A stretch of 64,000 nt of DNA from contig CAWDWZ010000007.1 in assembly GCA_963806165.1 (NCBI GenBank), positions 1-64,000 of the forward strand, written 5' to 3'. How positions within the stretch are numbered: the first letter of the stretch is position 1; each line of letters opens with the position of its first letter. This document shows positions 1 through 13,645 of this stretch, piece after piece. A program made the position numbers and the translations under genes. This DNA is from Thermoanaerobaculia bacterium. Its GTDB lineage: Bacteria > Acidobacteriota > Thermoanaerobaculia > Multivoradales > JAGPDF01. The notes under the pieces were generated by a model. It was not told where the DNA came from and ran no database searches. It saw only the letters and a program-made list of their open reading frames with translations.

Positions 1-73
1 CGGGTGTAGCTCAATGGTAGAGTTCCGGCCTTCCAAGCCGGCTGTGAGGGTTCGATCCCCTTCACCCGCTCCA
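1..73 (+). tRNA. tRNA-Gly (anticodon TCC); first nucleotide cut by the window edge
   Basis: Cloverleaf is readable: 7-bp acceptor stem, GCTCAATGGTAGAGT D-arm, anticodon stem tccgg/ccgga with loop cTTCCaa, GGTTCGATCCC T-arm, 3' CCA encoded. Low-GC context. Confidence 0.85.
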
Positions 74-89
74 TTAAAAATTAAAGATT

Positions 90-207
<118 letters not shown>

Positions 208-423
208 AGTCTTATAAATAAGACTAAATTCTTAATAAAAAAATATTTAAGAAAAAGTTGACAAGTCATAGAAAACTTGGTAAGATAAATAAGTCGAAAA
301 AATGAACTTTGAAAATTAAACAGTAGGTTAATTTATATAACAAAAATTCTTATTTAAGAATTAAACTAAACAACCAAGCCAGATATTCAGATAATGATTA
401 GTCTGAGCAGGTAACAACTTTTA

Positions 424-4368
<3,945 letters not shown>

Positions 4369-4419
4369 GGAGTCGCCTGCAGATGTGGTCGGTATGCAAC
4401 AGCGCGAGGGGAGATAAAG

Positions 4420-5787
4420 ATGGCGAAGTCGCAGATTGGCGAAGCAGACCTCCGGCGGGAAATTGCTGAGTACGGCGATCAGTTCTCGAACCTCGAGAGC
4501 GACCAGCTCTTCGTGCTGTTCTTCCTCAGGGCCTTCGTCACGGAGAATGTGAGTGAGGCCGTAGCCGCACTTTGCGGGGGCAGTGGGGACAAGGGCACCG
4601 ATGCAATCCTCGTGGACGATGGGGCCCAGATTGTCTTCCTGGTGCAAGGGAAGTACCGCAAGGGGATTGGCGAGAAGGCAGAGCCGCGCAATGACGTCAT
4701 CTCTTTCGCGGCTTTGGCGGGTGACATAGCAGGAGATGAAGCGAACTTCAAGGCGCTCTTGGAAAGCATGGCTCCAGAAACCGCGCATAAGCTGGATGTG
4801 GCCCGCACGCGGGTTCGGAAGCGTGGCTATCGCCTTTCCCTCTTCTACGTGACCACGGGGCGTTGTGGCGGGAAACTGATTGAAGAGGCCGAGAAGGTCG
4901 CGCGGCGAGGGGGAAAGGACTCGAGCTTTCAGCTATTCGATGGCCGCCAGATTCTGAGGCTTGTTTCGGACTACCTCGATGGCGTAGCGCCTCCCGTTCC
5001 GTCACTAGATCTCGAACTCGAAAGTGGCAGAGGAATCGCCACCTCTGGCCCCCTGCATCGCGATGACGGAACTACCGGGATTGAGTCGTGGATTTTCTCG
5101 ATGAGCGACGTCTCTCTGGCCAAGCTCTACAAGCACTCGGGGGCACGGCTCTTTGCGAGAAATGTCCGCGGCTTCTTGGGTAGCAGCGAGATCAATCGCG
5201 GTATGGAGGCGACGCTCAAAACTGAACCTGCACACTTCTGGTACTACAACAATGGAGTAACAATTGTCTGCGACGAAGCGAAGCACGAGACCGGTCATGG
5301 GCGGGACATTCTCAGGGTGACCAATCCACAAATCATCAACGGGCAGCAGACGACGCGGACTCTTGCTCGTTCTGCGAGCGGGGTCCCCAGGGCGAGTGTC
5401 CTAGTTCGTGTGATTCGCGTCCCGCGCGGCGATGACGGAAGCTCCAGCAACGGCTTTGACAGCCTAGTGTCTAGAATTGTTGCTGCCACCAACTGGCAGA
5501 ACGCAATCGTACCCTCGGACTTGATGGCAAACGATCGCCGACAAATCGATGTCGAGCGCCAGCTGCGCAAGTTTGACTACTGGTACGTACGTAAGCGTCA
5601 GACGAAAGGCGAAACCCGGCGAGCTATGGGTTCCCGCAAGTACAGATCTGTCAAGAAAGAGGAACTCGCACAGGCAGTAGCGGCCTGTGATCTCGATCCA
5701 GTGCTCGTCCGCGAAGGGAAAGAAGGCCTATTCGAGGAGCGCCTGTACAGCAAGGTCTTCTCGACCACGGAACCGCTCACTACTTGA
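4420..5787 (+). CDS. AIPR-family abortive infection / phage resistance protein
   Basis: Conserved IINGQQTT motif and overall AIPR-like architecture. GC is visibly lower than neighbouring genes. Sits directly 3' of hsdR. Confidence 0.6.
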   Translation: MAKSQIGEADLRREIAEYGDQFSNLESDQLFVLFFLRAFVTENVSEAVAALCGGSGDKGTDAILVDDGAQIVFLVQGKYRKGIGEKAEPRNDVISFAALAGDIAGDEANFKALLESMAPETAHKLDVARTRVRKRGYRLSLFYVTTGRCGGKLIEEAEKVARRGGKDSSFQLFDGRQILRLVSDYLDGVAPPVPSLDLELESGRGIATSGPLHRDDGTTGIESWIFSMSDVSLAKLYKHSGARLFARNVRGFLGSSEINRGMEATLKTEPAHFWYYNNGVTIVCDEAKHETGHGRDILRVTNPQIINGQQTTRTLARSASGVPRASVLVRVIRVPRGDDGSSSNGFDSLVSRIVAATNWQNAIVPSDLMANDRRQIDVERQLRKFDYWYVRKRQTKGETRRAMGSRKYRSVKKEELAQAVAACDLDPVLVREGKEGLFEERLYSKVFSTTEPLTT

Positions 5788-6191
5788 CACGATATCGAGC
5801 GATGCGAGAAGTGGCGTTCGCAGCGAAGGGTTACCCGGAGCGTGCATACGCCAAGTGGGTTGTCCTGAACTTCATTTGGTCCAAGCTTCAGCCACTGCTG
5901 AAGAGCAAAGTGAGCGCAAAGACATTCCTCCGCGTCTGCGAAAGGAATGAAGTTCCGCTGGGGCCATTGAATAGGGCCTGCAATCAGGCATTCCGTGCGG
6001 CGCTTGCGTTCTACCGAAAGGGCCGCGGAAAGGGCGAGCGGGCACAGGACGTCTCCCTCTTCTTCAAGCGAAGGAATCTGCACAAGGAGTTCTTTCGCTA
6101 TTGGAGGTCGACTGCAAACCCAGCTCGTGGAGCGTTCGGAAAGTCCTGGTCGAAGTTTGAGCGCGAGTTTAAGGATTCTGTCGCGAACTGA
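5784..6191 (+). CDS. ORF overlapping the AIPR stop by 4 nt; possibly the frameshifted C-terminus of the AIPR protein (455+135 aa = typical AIPR length)
   Basis: Shares the same lower GC as the AIPR gene. 4-nt overlap. Confidence 0.3.
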   Translation: MTRYRAMREVAFAAKGYPERAYAKWVVLNFIWSKLQPLLKSKVSAKTFLRVCERNEVPLGPLNRACNQAFRAALAFYRKGRGKGERAQDVSLFFKRRNLHKEFFRYWRSTANPARGAFGKSWSKFEREFKDSVAN

Positions 6192-6358
6192 GCCGGTTGG
6201 TCGCGTTAAGAAGGGCGGCGTTGCCAGTTGGATTGCTGTAGCGCGATGACCACGTCTGCGGGTCACGAGCCTCTGCCAGAGGAGGAACTGGCGACTTCGA
6301 TGGCGCGGACGAGAAAAGGTCGGGCCAAGGTAGGCTTCCTCGAGCTTCGTCCCCAACC

Positions 6359-7348
6359 ATGCGCTACTGGTGGGTCAACCAAAACCAGACCTTCCGCCAC
6401 GAATTCGCCGGCGGCTATCTCTGGTCGCCCAAGCGCAACACCGGCGGGCGGCGGAACCCGTTCTACGACTCGATGCGCGAGGTCTCGCCGGGAGATCTCG
6501 TCTTCGGCTTCGCCGACACCCGCATCCGCACCTTCGGGATCGCGACCTCCTACGCCTACGAGAATCCCAAGCCCGGGGAGTTCGGAAACGTCGGCCGCAA
6601 CTGGGAGCAGGTCGGTTGGCGGGTCGATGTCGATTGGCAGCAGGTGCCGACCGTCGTCCGGCCGGTCGAGTGGATGGAGCTGCTGCGCCCGCTCCTGCCC
6701 GCCAAGTACTCGCCGCTCCAACCTGACGGGCGCGGACTCCAGGGCGTCTACCTCACCGAGCTCCCCGAGCCGTTCGCGCTCGAGCTCGCGCATCTCGTCG
6801 GGAGCGTCGTCGAAGCGATCGCTCGGGCCGAGACCGTGGCCTACGTTCCAGCCTCCAACGCCGAGTCGATTCATCCGGAGCTCGCGCTCTGGGAGGAGCA
6901 CCTGCGGAAGACGATCGAGGACGACCCCAACTTACCGGCGACGGACCGCGAGGCGATCGTTCTGGCGCGGCGGGGGCAGGGGCTCTTTCGCCAGCGCGTT
7001 CAGGTGCTCGAGCACCGCTGCAGGGTCACCGGTGTCGACCGGCCGGAGCACCTCAGAGCCAGCCACTGCAAGCCGTGGCGTGACAGCGACAACGCCGAGC
7101 GGCTCGACGGGGAGAATGGGCTGCTGCTCACGCCGTCGATCGACCATCTGTTCGACCGCGGGTTCATCTCGTTTCGCGGCGATGGGCGGCTGCTCGTTTC
7201 GCCGGTGGCGCATCTGCCGTCGTTGGCGAAGATGGGGGTGCCGGTCGATCGCGCGGTCGAGGTGGGTGGGTTCAGCGAGGGGCAGGCGAGGTACCTCGAG
7301 TTTCATCGCGATCAGGTTTGGTTGGCGTCGCGGGTGGCGACTGGCTGA
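6359..7348 (+). CDS. EVE/PUA-like domain fused to an HNH endonuclease (predicted modification-dependent restriction nuclease)
   Basis: N-terminus MRYWWVNQNQT...GGYLWSPK...GDLVFGF resembles an EVE/PUA fold. C-terminal HNH_2-like core: RASHCKPWRDSDNAERLDGENGLLLTPSIDHLFDRGFISF. Confidence 0.7.
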   Translation: MRYWWVNQNQTFRHEFAGGYLWSPKRNTGGRRNPFYDSMREVSPGDLVFGFADTRIRTFGIATSYAYENPKPGEFGNVGRNWEQVGWRVDVDWQQVPTVVRPVEWMELLRPLLPAKYSPLQPDGRGLQGVYLTELPEPFALELAHLVGSVVEAIARAETVAYVPASNAESIHPELALWEEHLRKTIEDDPNLPATDREAIVLARRGQGLFRQRVQVLEHRCRVTGVDRPEHLRASHCKPWRDSDNAERLDGENGLLLTPSIDHLFDRGFISFRGDGRLLVSPVAHLPSLAKMGVPVDRAVEVGGFSEGQARYLEFHRDQVWLASRVATG

Positions 7349-7360
7349 TCGGGGTGAGCG

Positions 7361-7445
7361 CGGGAGGGGACACATAGCGGGGTCCGGAAGGTGCGCGGGA
7401 GTCGGGCAGTCTCGCCCCCGCAATGTGTCCCCAACGGGTGGCGAT
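7361..7445. repeat. Family-A palindromic repeat (GGGGACACAwAGCGGG-N~44-CCCGCAATGTGTCCCC)
   Basis: 16-bp arms form a long imperfect hairpin. Between the HNH gene and the RhuM gene. Confidence 0.7.
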
Positions 7446-7494
7446 GAGTCCCCGAGTTGCCAGATCATGAGAGGGGAATCCGTCCTTCCTGGAT

Positions 7495-8580
7495 ATGAAG
7501 AGCCCAGGAAGGGGAAGGCAGAAGTCCGATGCCGGGAAGGCGTCAGGAGCTCGAGGGAAGGCAAAGCGGACTGAGTCAGCTGTCGAGATCGCGAGCCGCG
7601 GCGAGGTACTGCTCTACGGGGAGCCCGACGGCGCCGTGCGGCTGGATGTTCGGCTCGAGAAGGAGACCGTCTGGCTCGACCTCAACCAGATCGCTGCGCT
7701 CTTCGAGCGCGACAAGTCGGTCATTTCAAGGCACTTGCGAGGCATCTTCGATTCGGGCGAACTGGATCGGGGGGCAACTGTTGCAAGAAATGCAACAGTT
7801 CAACGCGAGGGAGATCGAGAGGTCGTCCGCGACATCGAGTTCTTCAACCTCGATGCCATTCTCTCGGTCGGGTACCGGGTCAACTCCCGGCGCGGCACCC
7901 AGTTCCGGATCTGGGCGACACAGGTTCTTCGCGACCATCTGCTGCGGGGCTACACGGTCAACCAGCTGCGGCTGGACCAGCTCAACCAGGCCGTCCGCCT
8001 GATCGCCAGTACGGCGGATCGGCAGGATCTATCGGGGGACGAGGCCCGGGCGCTCCTGCGCGTGGTGGGCGAGTACAGCTTTGCGCTCGACCTGCTCGAC
8101 GACTATGACCACCAGCGGGTGGGCGTGGCGCCGCTGGGCGGGCGGCTGGTTCATCGGCTCGGGACGGAGGAGGCGCTGCGGATCGTCGAGCGCCTCCGGG
8201 AGCGGTTCGGCGCGGGGAGTCTGGTGGGGCGCCTGCGGGGCGACGGCCTGGACAGTGCCCTCGGTGCGGTCATGCAGTCGTTCGACGGCCAGGACCTCTA
8301 CCCGAGTCTCGAGGAGAAAGCCGCACACCTGCTGTACTTTCTGGTGAAAGACCACCCGTTCGTCGACGGCAACAAACGCATCGGCGCGGCGCTCTTTCTC
8401 TGGTTCCTGGAGAAGAACGGCGCGCTCGCGGGCCGCGGTGACGAGCGTCGCCTCTCGGATGCCGCTCTGGTCGCCCTGACCTTGCTGATCGCGGAGAGCA
8501 AGCCGGCCGAGAGGGATGTCGTTGTTCGAATCGTCACGCATCTTCTGATGGATCGGGCGGAAGCGGCGCGATCCTCTTGA
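7495..8580 (+). CDS. RhuM-family protein fused to a Fic/Doc (death-on-curing) domain
   Basis: RhuM motifs: ERDKSVISRHLRGIF, VGYRVNSRRGTQFRIWATQVLRDHL. C-terminal Fic/Doc motif HPFVDGNKRIGAALFLWFL. The real start may be a little downstream of 7495. Confidence 0.75.
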   Translation: MKSPGRGRQKSDAGKASGARGKAKRTESAVEIASRGEVLLYGEPDGAVRLDVRLEKETVWLDLNQIAALFERDKSVISRHLRGIFDSGELDRGATVARNATVQREGDREVVRDIEFFNLDAILSVGYRVNSRRGTQFRIWATQVLRDHLLRGYTVNQLRLDQLNQAVRLIASTADRQDLSGDEARALLRVVGEYSFALDLLDDYDHQRVGVAPLGGRLVHRLGTEEALRIVERLRERFGAGSLVGRLRGDGLDSALGAVMQSFDGQDLYPSLEEKAAHLLYFLVKDHPFVDGNKRIGAALFLWFLEKNGALAGRGDERRLSDAALVALTLLIAESKPAERDVVVRIVTHLLMDRAEAARSS

Positions 8581-8973
8581 CAAACATCTTGCCGAAGCCC
8601 ATACTCCGCCTCCGTTTTTGAACAGAGGAGCACACGTGCCACGCTGCGAACGAAATTCACTTAGCCATTCCGCTCCGAGGAACTTCCTCGGACAGACGGA
8701 TCTCCGCGCGCTGCAGGTTTGCGCGTTGGGATCTGTCACGGAGGCCGCTCTCTAGGGTTCGTTCGAATTGCGTTTCGACGCGACGAGCCTTCTGGGGAGC
8801 GATCCTCGGAAGGCTTTTTTGTTTTCCGGTCCTGTGAGACCGGTACTGCCCGGAGTGGAAGCGCCGGGAGGAGGGGAGATGTGTGCCGGGCCGCACGGCG
8901 GCGGGCGGGGAGACCCTGGAGCCCGCAAGTTCCGAGGCGGATTCGAAGCCGACACGCAGATCGAGCTTCCGCT

Positions 8974-9046
8974 AGATGGCTAGCTCAGTGGGTAGAGCAC
9001 CGAATGGAGAGTTCGGCTGTCGCGGGTTCGACTCCCGCGCCATCAC
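8974..9046 (+). tRNA. tRNA-like element with anomalies (pseudo-tRNA or indel-damaged tRNA); anticodon loop tGGAGAg
   Basis: Canonical D-arm gctcagtgggtagagc, T-arm gcgggttcgactcccgc, 6/7-bp acceptor stem (A:A at position 1-72). Anticodon stem ccgaa/ttcgg has G at position 33 and a GAG anticodon with a short variable arm. No CCA encoded. Confidence 0.35.
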
Positions 9047-9429
9047 AAAGCCGCCGAAAGGCGGCCCTGCAGGACCCGATCGCGGCGCGATGGGGATTGA
9101 ACTGCCGGTCTGACGTGCATTCTCGGAAGTCTCGACGTGCGCGGAACGGGCAACAAGGGTGGGCGCCCTGCGGCTCGGAAGGGAGAGTCTTCCGAACCGG
9201 CGGAGCGGCATCAGGGTGAAGGAGTGGGAGACGGCTTCCTCCTGCGACCTTCCCCCGTGTTTCTTCCGATGCCGCTCCGCCGGAGGTGGGGATTCGAATT
9301 CCGGGCTCCGCGTCCCATCGTGGGGCAGGCGGTTTCGGTCGCGTCGCTTTCGGTTGTGTTTCGAAGGCTTTGTTGCTGTCGATTTTCCTCGGACAGAAGG
9401 TTCGAGGGTAGCGAGAAGGGAGGTGCATC

Positions 9430-10587
9430 ATGTCGTTCCTGAAGTGGATTCGAGTGCAGTACGGACAGCGGGTCGTCGTGTACCGGGATGCGCAGCCGGT
9501 CGAGCTTCTGCGGCCGGGCCGCTACCTGCGGGTAGCGTTTGGCGGCGGGCTCGAGATCGAGCGCTTCTCGACGCGGGATCCGTGGGTGGCCACGCACATG
9601 CTGCCCGAGATCGTGCGGGCGGGGCTCCTCGAGGGTGAGGCGGTCGTGCTCGACCTGGTCGATCGGGAGCGGGCGATCGTGCGGATCGACGGCCGGTACG
9701 TTGGCGTGCGTGGCAAGGGAGTCTCGGCCGTGTGGACGGCGGAGCGCAAGGTCGAGGTCGAGCACTACGAGCTCGGGTTCGCTCTCTCGCCGTCGGGTGA
9801 GAAGGTTCCCGACGTCGAGAGCTTTCGGCTCGTCCACCCGTCGCTCGCCGTGATCGTCGAGCTGCCGGGCGCGAAGAACGAGCTCGACGTCGCCCTGGTT
9901 CCGGCCGGTTCGACCGGCCTGGTCTTTCGCGACGGCAAGCTGGTCGCGGAAATGGGTGAGCTCAGTCCGGGCCTCTTCGCGTTCTGGAAGGGTGCGGGCA
10001 AGTTTCAGGTGCTTGCCGTCGATCGGCGGGAGCAGGTGCTCGATGTCTCCGGTCAGGAGATCCTGACCGCGGACAAGGTGACCCTGCGGCTCAACGCGCT
10101 CGTCGTCTATCGCGTGGCGGATGCGGCTCTGGCGGTGACTACCGTCGAGTCGTACTCGCAGGCGCTCTACCGGCAGGCGCAGCTCGCGCTGCGGGCGGTC
10201 GTGGGCACGCGCGATCTCGAGACGTTTCTCGCCGGCAAAGACGAGGTCGTCCGCGAGCTCGAGCGAATGCTCGAGCTTCGGGCCGCCGAGCTCGGTCTCG
10301 AAGTGCGCGAGGCCGGTATCCGGGACGTCATCCTGCCGGGCGAGATGAAGGAGATCCTCAACCGGGTGGTCGAGGCGAAGAAGCGGGCGGAGGCGATGCT
10401 CCTCACGCGGCGGGAAGAGACCGCCGCGATGCGGATGCAGGCGAACACCGCGAAGATCTTCGAGTCGAGCCCGACGCTCATGAAGCTCAAGGAGCTCGAG
10501 GTCCTCGAGAAGGTGGCCGAGAAGGCCAACCTGACCGTGGTCCTGGGCGAGGGTGGGCTCTCGGAGCGCGTGATGAAGCTGGTGTAG
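9430..10587 (+). CDS. SPFH/band-7 (slipin-like) domain protein
   Basis: C-terminal half has the band-7 signature (EMKEILNRVVEAKKRAEAMLLTRREETAAMRMQANTAKI). Clean ORF with an RBS-like ggaggtg immediately upstream. Confidence 0.75.
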   Translation: MSFLKWIRVQYGQRVVVYRDAQPVELLRPGRYLRVAFGGGLEIERFSTRDPWVATHMLPEIVRAGLLEGEAVVLDLVDRERAIVRIDGRYVGVRGKGVSAVWTAERKVEVEHYELGFALSPSGEKVPDVESFRLVHPSLAVIVELPGAKNELDVALVPAGSTGLVFRDGKLVAEMGELSPGLFAFWKGAGKFQVLAVDRREQVLDVSGQEILTADKVTLRLNALVVYRVADAALAVTTVESYSQALYRQAQLALRAVVGTRDLETFLAGKDEVVRELERMLELRAAELGLEVREAGIRDVILPGEMKEILNRVVEAKKRAEAMLLTRREETAAMRMQANTAKIFESSPTLMKLKELEVLEKVAEKANLTVVLGEGGLSERVMKLV

Positions 10588-10672
10588 GGATTCGGCCTCC
10601 TCGGGTTCTCTCGAGGGGGCTTTTTTCTTGCGCTGGGTGTACCCTGTCCCGGTAGAGATCCCGGGAGGGGCC

Positions 10673-11320
10673 ATGCCGAAATCGCCCCGCTTCGCATCGA
10701 AGATTTTCGCGCTGCTGGCTCTCCTAGCAACTCCGGCCTTGGCGTCGGACGAAAAGACCGCGTCGCCTGAGCAGGTGACCATGGATCGCCTCCGCGTGCT
10801 CGCCGCCGCACTCCAGGCCTTTGTGAACGACGCGACATCCGGCGAGAATCGGCTGGAACGGGCACCGAGCGCCTGGGTACTCGCGAGCCAGCCTTCTGAG
10901 CTCGTCCGCATTCCACCGGGGAGCGAACTGCTGAGCTATCGCGAGCTCTTCGAGCTCTTAAATCCGCTCGAGGACGCCAGTTACCTGCGCGACATTCCCG
11001 AATACGACGGTTGGGGAAGGCGCATCGAGGTCTACTACTCGGAAGAAAAACTTCTCGCAGCGCGCGTCTTCAGCGTTCGCAGCCCGGGGGCGAACGGACG
11101 TTTCGACACCGATGTCTACGAGATCGGCGGGTTCCTTCCGGGGTCGGAAACGGACGATATCGTCATCGCAGACAAGCGCTTCGTTCGCTGGCCCTTGGGA
11201 ACGCCCGAGGCCGACCTCGCAGTGAAGCCCAGCGTTGGACCGGACTGGAATCGAATCAACAAAGTCGAGCCGGGCACAGGCGACCTGGGCGGCTGCTACA
11301 TCCCCCCAGCTCATCCCTGA
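10673..11320 (+). CDS. Secreted protein with a T2SS pseudopilin (GspG)-like globular domain but a Sec signal peptide
   Basis: Signal peptide MPKSPRFASKIFALLALLATPALA. GspG-like blocks: EQVTMDRLRVLAAALQAF..., DGWGRRIEVYY, SVRSPGANGRFDTDVYEIGGFLPG..DDIVIAD. No prepilin G/FTLIE leader. Confidence 0.5.
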   Translation: MPKSPRFASKIFALLALLATPALASDEKTASPEQVTMDRLRVLAAALQAFVNDATSGENRLERAPSAWVLASQPSELVRIPPGSELLSYRELFELLNPLEDASYLRDIPEYDGWGRRIEVYYSEEKLLAARVFSVRSPGANGRFDTDVYEIGGFLPGSETDDIVIADKRFVRWPLGTPEADLAVKPSVGPDWNRINKVEPGTGDLGGCYIPPAHP

Positions 11321-11559
11321 CGAGCGGGCCCCTACCGTCGGCGGCCACAAGGCGACCCGCCCGGATCCGGTGCGGTCTCTTTCAAAGAGGACGACTCGAT
11401 GCAGACCCAACGGCTCTTCCAGCGAATCCAGCAGGGGAAGCCTCACGCCGGTGTCGAGACGAGCCCGGCCGGCGCGGCGGTTAACGGCAAGTTTGTTTTC
11501 GATCCCTCGCAGGGTCTAACTCGGGTGTAACCTGTCTCTGCAGAGTTCCAGGATAAGTC

Positions 11560-12198
11560 ATGCCGATATCGCACCGCGTCGCATCGAAGGTCATCGCGTC
11601 GCTGGCGCTCTTCGCAACGCCGTCGTTGGCGGCGGACGGAAAGACCGCGTCACTGGAACAGGTGACGATGGATCGCCTCCGTGCTCTCGCCGGCGCTCTG
11701 CTGTCCCGTTATCAGGACGAAGTCTCGGGCGAGAACCGGATGGGCGCGCCGGCGAACGACTGGGTCTTCGCCAGTCAATCGTCGGATCTCATCCGAGTGC
11801 CCGACGTGAGGGCGTTGCGCTCCCGCAAGGGGGTCCTAGGGCTCCTGCGTCCCAGTGAGGACTTCATCTACCTTTGCGACGTGCCGGATCGCGATGCCTG
11901 GGGAGAGCGCATCGAGGTCTACTACGAGCAGGACAAGATCCTCTCCGCGCGTTTCCTCACCGTCCGCAGCGCCGGCGCGAATCGCCACTTCGACGCCGAT
12001 CGCTACGAGGTCGGCGGATTTCTTCCCGGAGCGGCAATCGACGACATCGTGATCGCCGACCAGCGGTTCGTGCGCTGGCCGCTGGGAGTCGCGGAGACGG
12101 AGCTTGAGGTGGAGCCGAAGATCGGAAGGTGCCCGGGCTTTGAGGACGGCTCGGGCGCGCACGCGGACGACGGCGGGGGAGCGGCGCCTGCGCAGTAG
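11560..12198 (+). CDS. Paralog of the 10673-11320 GspG-like secreted protein
   Basis: Signal peptide ...SLALFATPSLA. Same blocks: EQVTMDRLRALAGAL, WGERIEVYY, VRSAGANRHFDADRYEVGGFLPGAAIDDIVIADQRFVRWPLG. Confidence 0.5.
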   Translation: MPISHRVASKVIASLALFATPSLAADGKTASLEQVTMDRLRALAGALLSRYQDEVSGENRMGAPANDWVFASQSSDLIRVPDVRALRSRKGVLGLLRPSEDFIYLCDVPDRDAWGERIEVYYEQDKILSARFLTVRSAGANRHFDADRYEVGGFLPGAAIDDIVIADQRFVRWPLGVAETELEVEPKIGRCPGFEDGSGAHADDGGGAAPAQ

Positions 12199-12226
12199 GT
12201 AGGGGCGGGTCTCACTCCTCCCGGCG

Positions 12227-12321
12227 CGGGAGGGGACACCTGGCGGGTGGGGCAGGGACGCGCAGGCTCGGCGCTCGACTGCCCGCAAGGTGTCCCCAAC
12301 GGCCGGCAAGGTGTCCCCGAG
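12227..12321. repeat. Family-A palindromic repeat, right arm duplicated
   Basis: ggggacacctggcggg...cccgcaaggtgtcccc...caaggtgtcccc. Confidence 0.65.
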
Positions 12322-12435
12322 TGCAAGCGCCAGATGGAGGCCCCGGATTCCGTCTTTACGGAGCATGAAGAGTCCAAGTGCTGAGCGGCGGCGGGCTGCG
12401 GAGTATCCTTCTGCACGCAAGTTGCGTATAATGAA

Positions 12436-12780
12436 ATGAAGGCGGTCTTCGTTGAACTGCCCGCTTTCGCGCGGTATCGAGAGGAGTATCTCGGCGAGAA
12501 GGAGTTTCGCCGGCTGCAAGAGGCGTTGTTGACCAACCCTGCCGCTGGGGACCTGATCGCGGGGACAGGTGGGCTCCGGAAGTTGCGCTTCGGGGACGTG
12601 CGGCGGGGGAAGGGCAAGCGTGGGGGGCTGAGAGTTGTCTACTACTGGTGGGTAGCCGGGTCCCAGTTCTGGCTCTTCACCCTCTTCGACAAGGACGAGG
12701 CAATCGACTTGAGCCCTGAGCAGCGCACGTATCTGCGGGCGAGGATCAAGGCGGAGCTCGAGGCCAGGAGGAGCTCATGA
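12436..12780 (+). CDS. higB: HigB-2-like RelE/ParE-superfamily toxin
   Basis: Characteristic ...GTGGLRKLRFGDVRRGKGKRGGLRVVYYWW..QFWLFTLFDKDE. Overlaps the antitoxin start by 4 nt. Confidence 0.7.
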   Translation: MKAVFVELPAFARYREEYLGEKEFRRLQEALLTNPAAGDLIAGTGGLRKLRFGDVRRGKGKRGGLRVVYYWWVAGSQFWLFTLFDKDEAIDLSPEQRTYLRARIKAELEARRSS

Positions 12781-13121
12781 ACGAGGCAAAGACCGCAGTG
12801 CGGCGAGGCAAGAAACGCAAGCTCTTCGACGAGCTCGACGAAGGGCTCAAGGCGCTCGCCGAAAAGCGCCAGGGCAAGCGGACCCTCCGCAGCCACGAGG
12901 TCGAGATGAAACCGGCGCCGGAGGTCACTCCCCGCCAGCTCCTCGAGCTGCGCGAAGCGCTCAACCTCTCGCGCGCCCTGTTCGCCGTCTACTTGCGGAC
13001 CAACGTCCGCACCCTCGAGAACTGGGAACAGGGGCGCGCCAAGCCCAATGCGCAGGCGGCGCTCCTCATCCGACTCGTGCAGTGCTATCCCGACACCATG
13101 CAACGTCTCGCCGCTGTCTGA
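12777..13121 (+). CDS. higA: HigA-2-like XRE-family HTH antitoxin
   Basis: HTH block LLELREALNLSRALFAVYLRTNVRTLENWEQGRAKPNAQAALLIRLV. Translationally coupled to the toxin. Confidence 0.7.
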   Translation: MNEAKTAVRRGKKRKLFDELDEGLKALAEKRQGKRTLRSHEVEMKPAPEVTPRQLLELREALNLSRALFAVYLRTNVRTLENWEQGRAKPNAQAALLIRLVQCYPDTMQRLAAV

Positions 13122-13136
13122 CTGGGCCCCCAGCGC

Positions 13137-13210
13137 GGTAGGGGACACAAAGCGGGGCCGACCCGGCGGCGTGTTGTCTCATTTGCCGTGCCCCCGCATT
13201 GTGTCCCCGA
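13137..13210. repeat. Family-A palindromic repeat
   Basis: ggggacacaaagcgggg-N33-cccccgcattgtgtcccc, directly 3' of higA2. Confidence 0.7.
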
Positions 13211-13305
13211 ATGTGCCCGAGAACGGCCTGCTCCTCACGCTGATTTCGGCTGGGTTGGAGGCGGCGCTACAATCTCAAGTCGAAGCTCCTCGAGGAGGCT
13301 AGAGC

Positions 13306-13503
13306 GTGAGCCAACCAGCGACGACCGACAAGCAGCGGATGATTCGACTTCTCGAAGAGCAGCCGGACGACAGCACCTTCGAGGAGCTGCTCAAGGAGCT
13401 CGCATTCGATCGCATGGTCGAACGCGGCGTCGCTGACGCCGAGGCCGGACGAACCATCAGTCACAAGGAGATGGGCCGGAGAATCGCCTCTTGGGAGAAG
13501 TAA
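13306..13503 (+). CDS. Small addiction-module antitoxin component (ParD/TIGR02574-like)
   Basis: 65 aa, acidic, LLEEQPDDSTFEELLKELAFDRMVERGVADAEAGRTIS pattern typical of small antitoxins paired with ParE/RelE toxins. Confidence 0.45.
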   Translation: MSQPATTDKQRMIRLLEEQPDDSTFEELLKELAFDRMVERGVADAEAGRTISHKEMGRRIASWEK

Positions 13504-13601
13504 GGTGGACCGAGGAGGCCGCTGACCGGCTCCGCGAGATCCGCGACTACATCGCCAAACGCAACGCCCTCGACACCGAGCAGAGGCTCGCGGCGGTCTG
13601 A
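13491..13601 (+). pseudogene. Truncated ParE/RelE-family toxin remnant (N-terminal ~35 codons only)
   Basis: Frame encodes ...WTEEAADRLREIRDYIAKRNALDTEQRLAAV* which matches ParE N-termini, but stops after ~35 residues. Followed directly by a family-B palindrome. Confidence 0.4.
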
Positions 13602-13612
13602 GGGGTTGCGGA

Positions 13613-13645
13613 GGAAGAAGTCGGGGAGAGTCCCCATTTCCTCCC
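13613..13645. repeat. Family-B short palindrome (consensus GAAAAATGGGGAC-N1-3-GTCCCCATTTTC), degenerate copy
   Basis: gaagaagtcggggagagtccccatttcctccc. Confidence 0.5.

Noticed and set aside
9211-10916. 566-aa and 249-aa minus-strand ORFs opposite the SPFH gene
   Set aside because: Arg/Pro/Ala-rich low-complexity translations typical of antisense high-GC DNA. The plus-strand SPFH ORF has real motifs.
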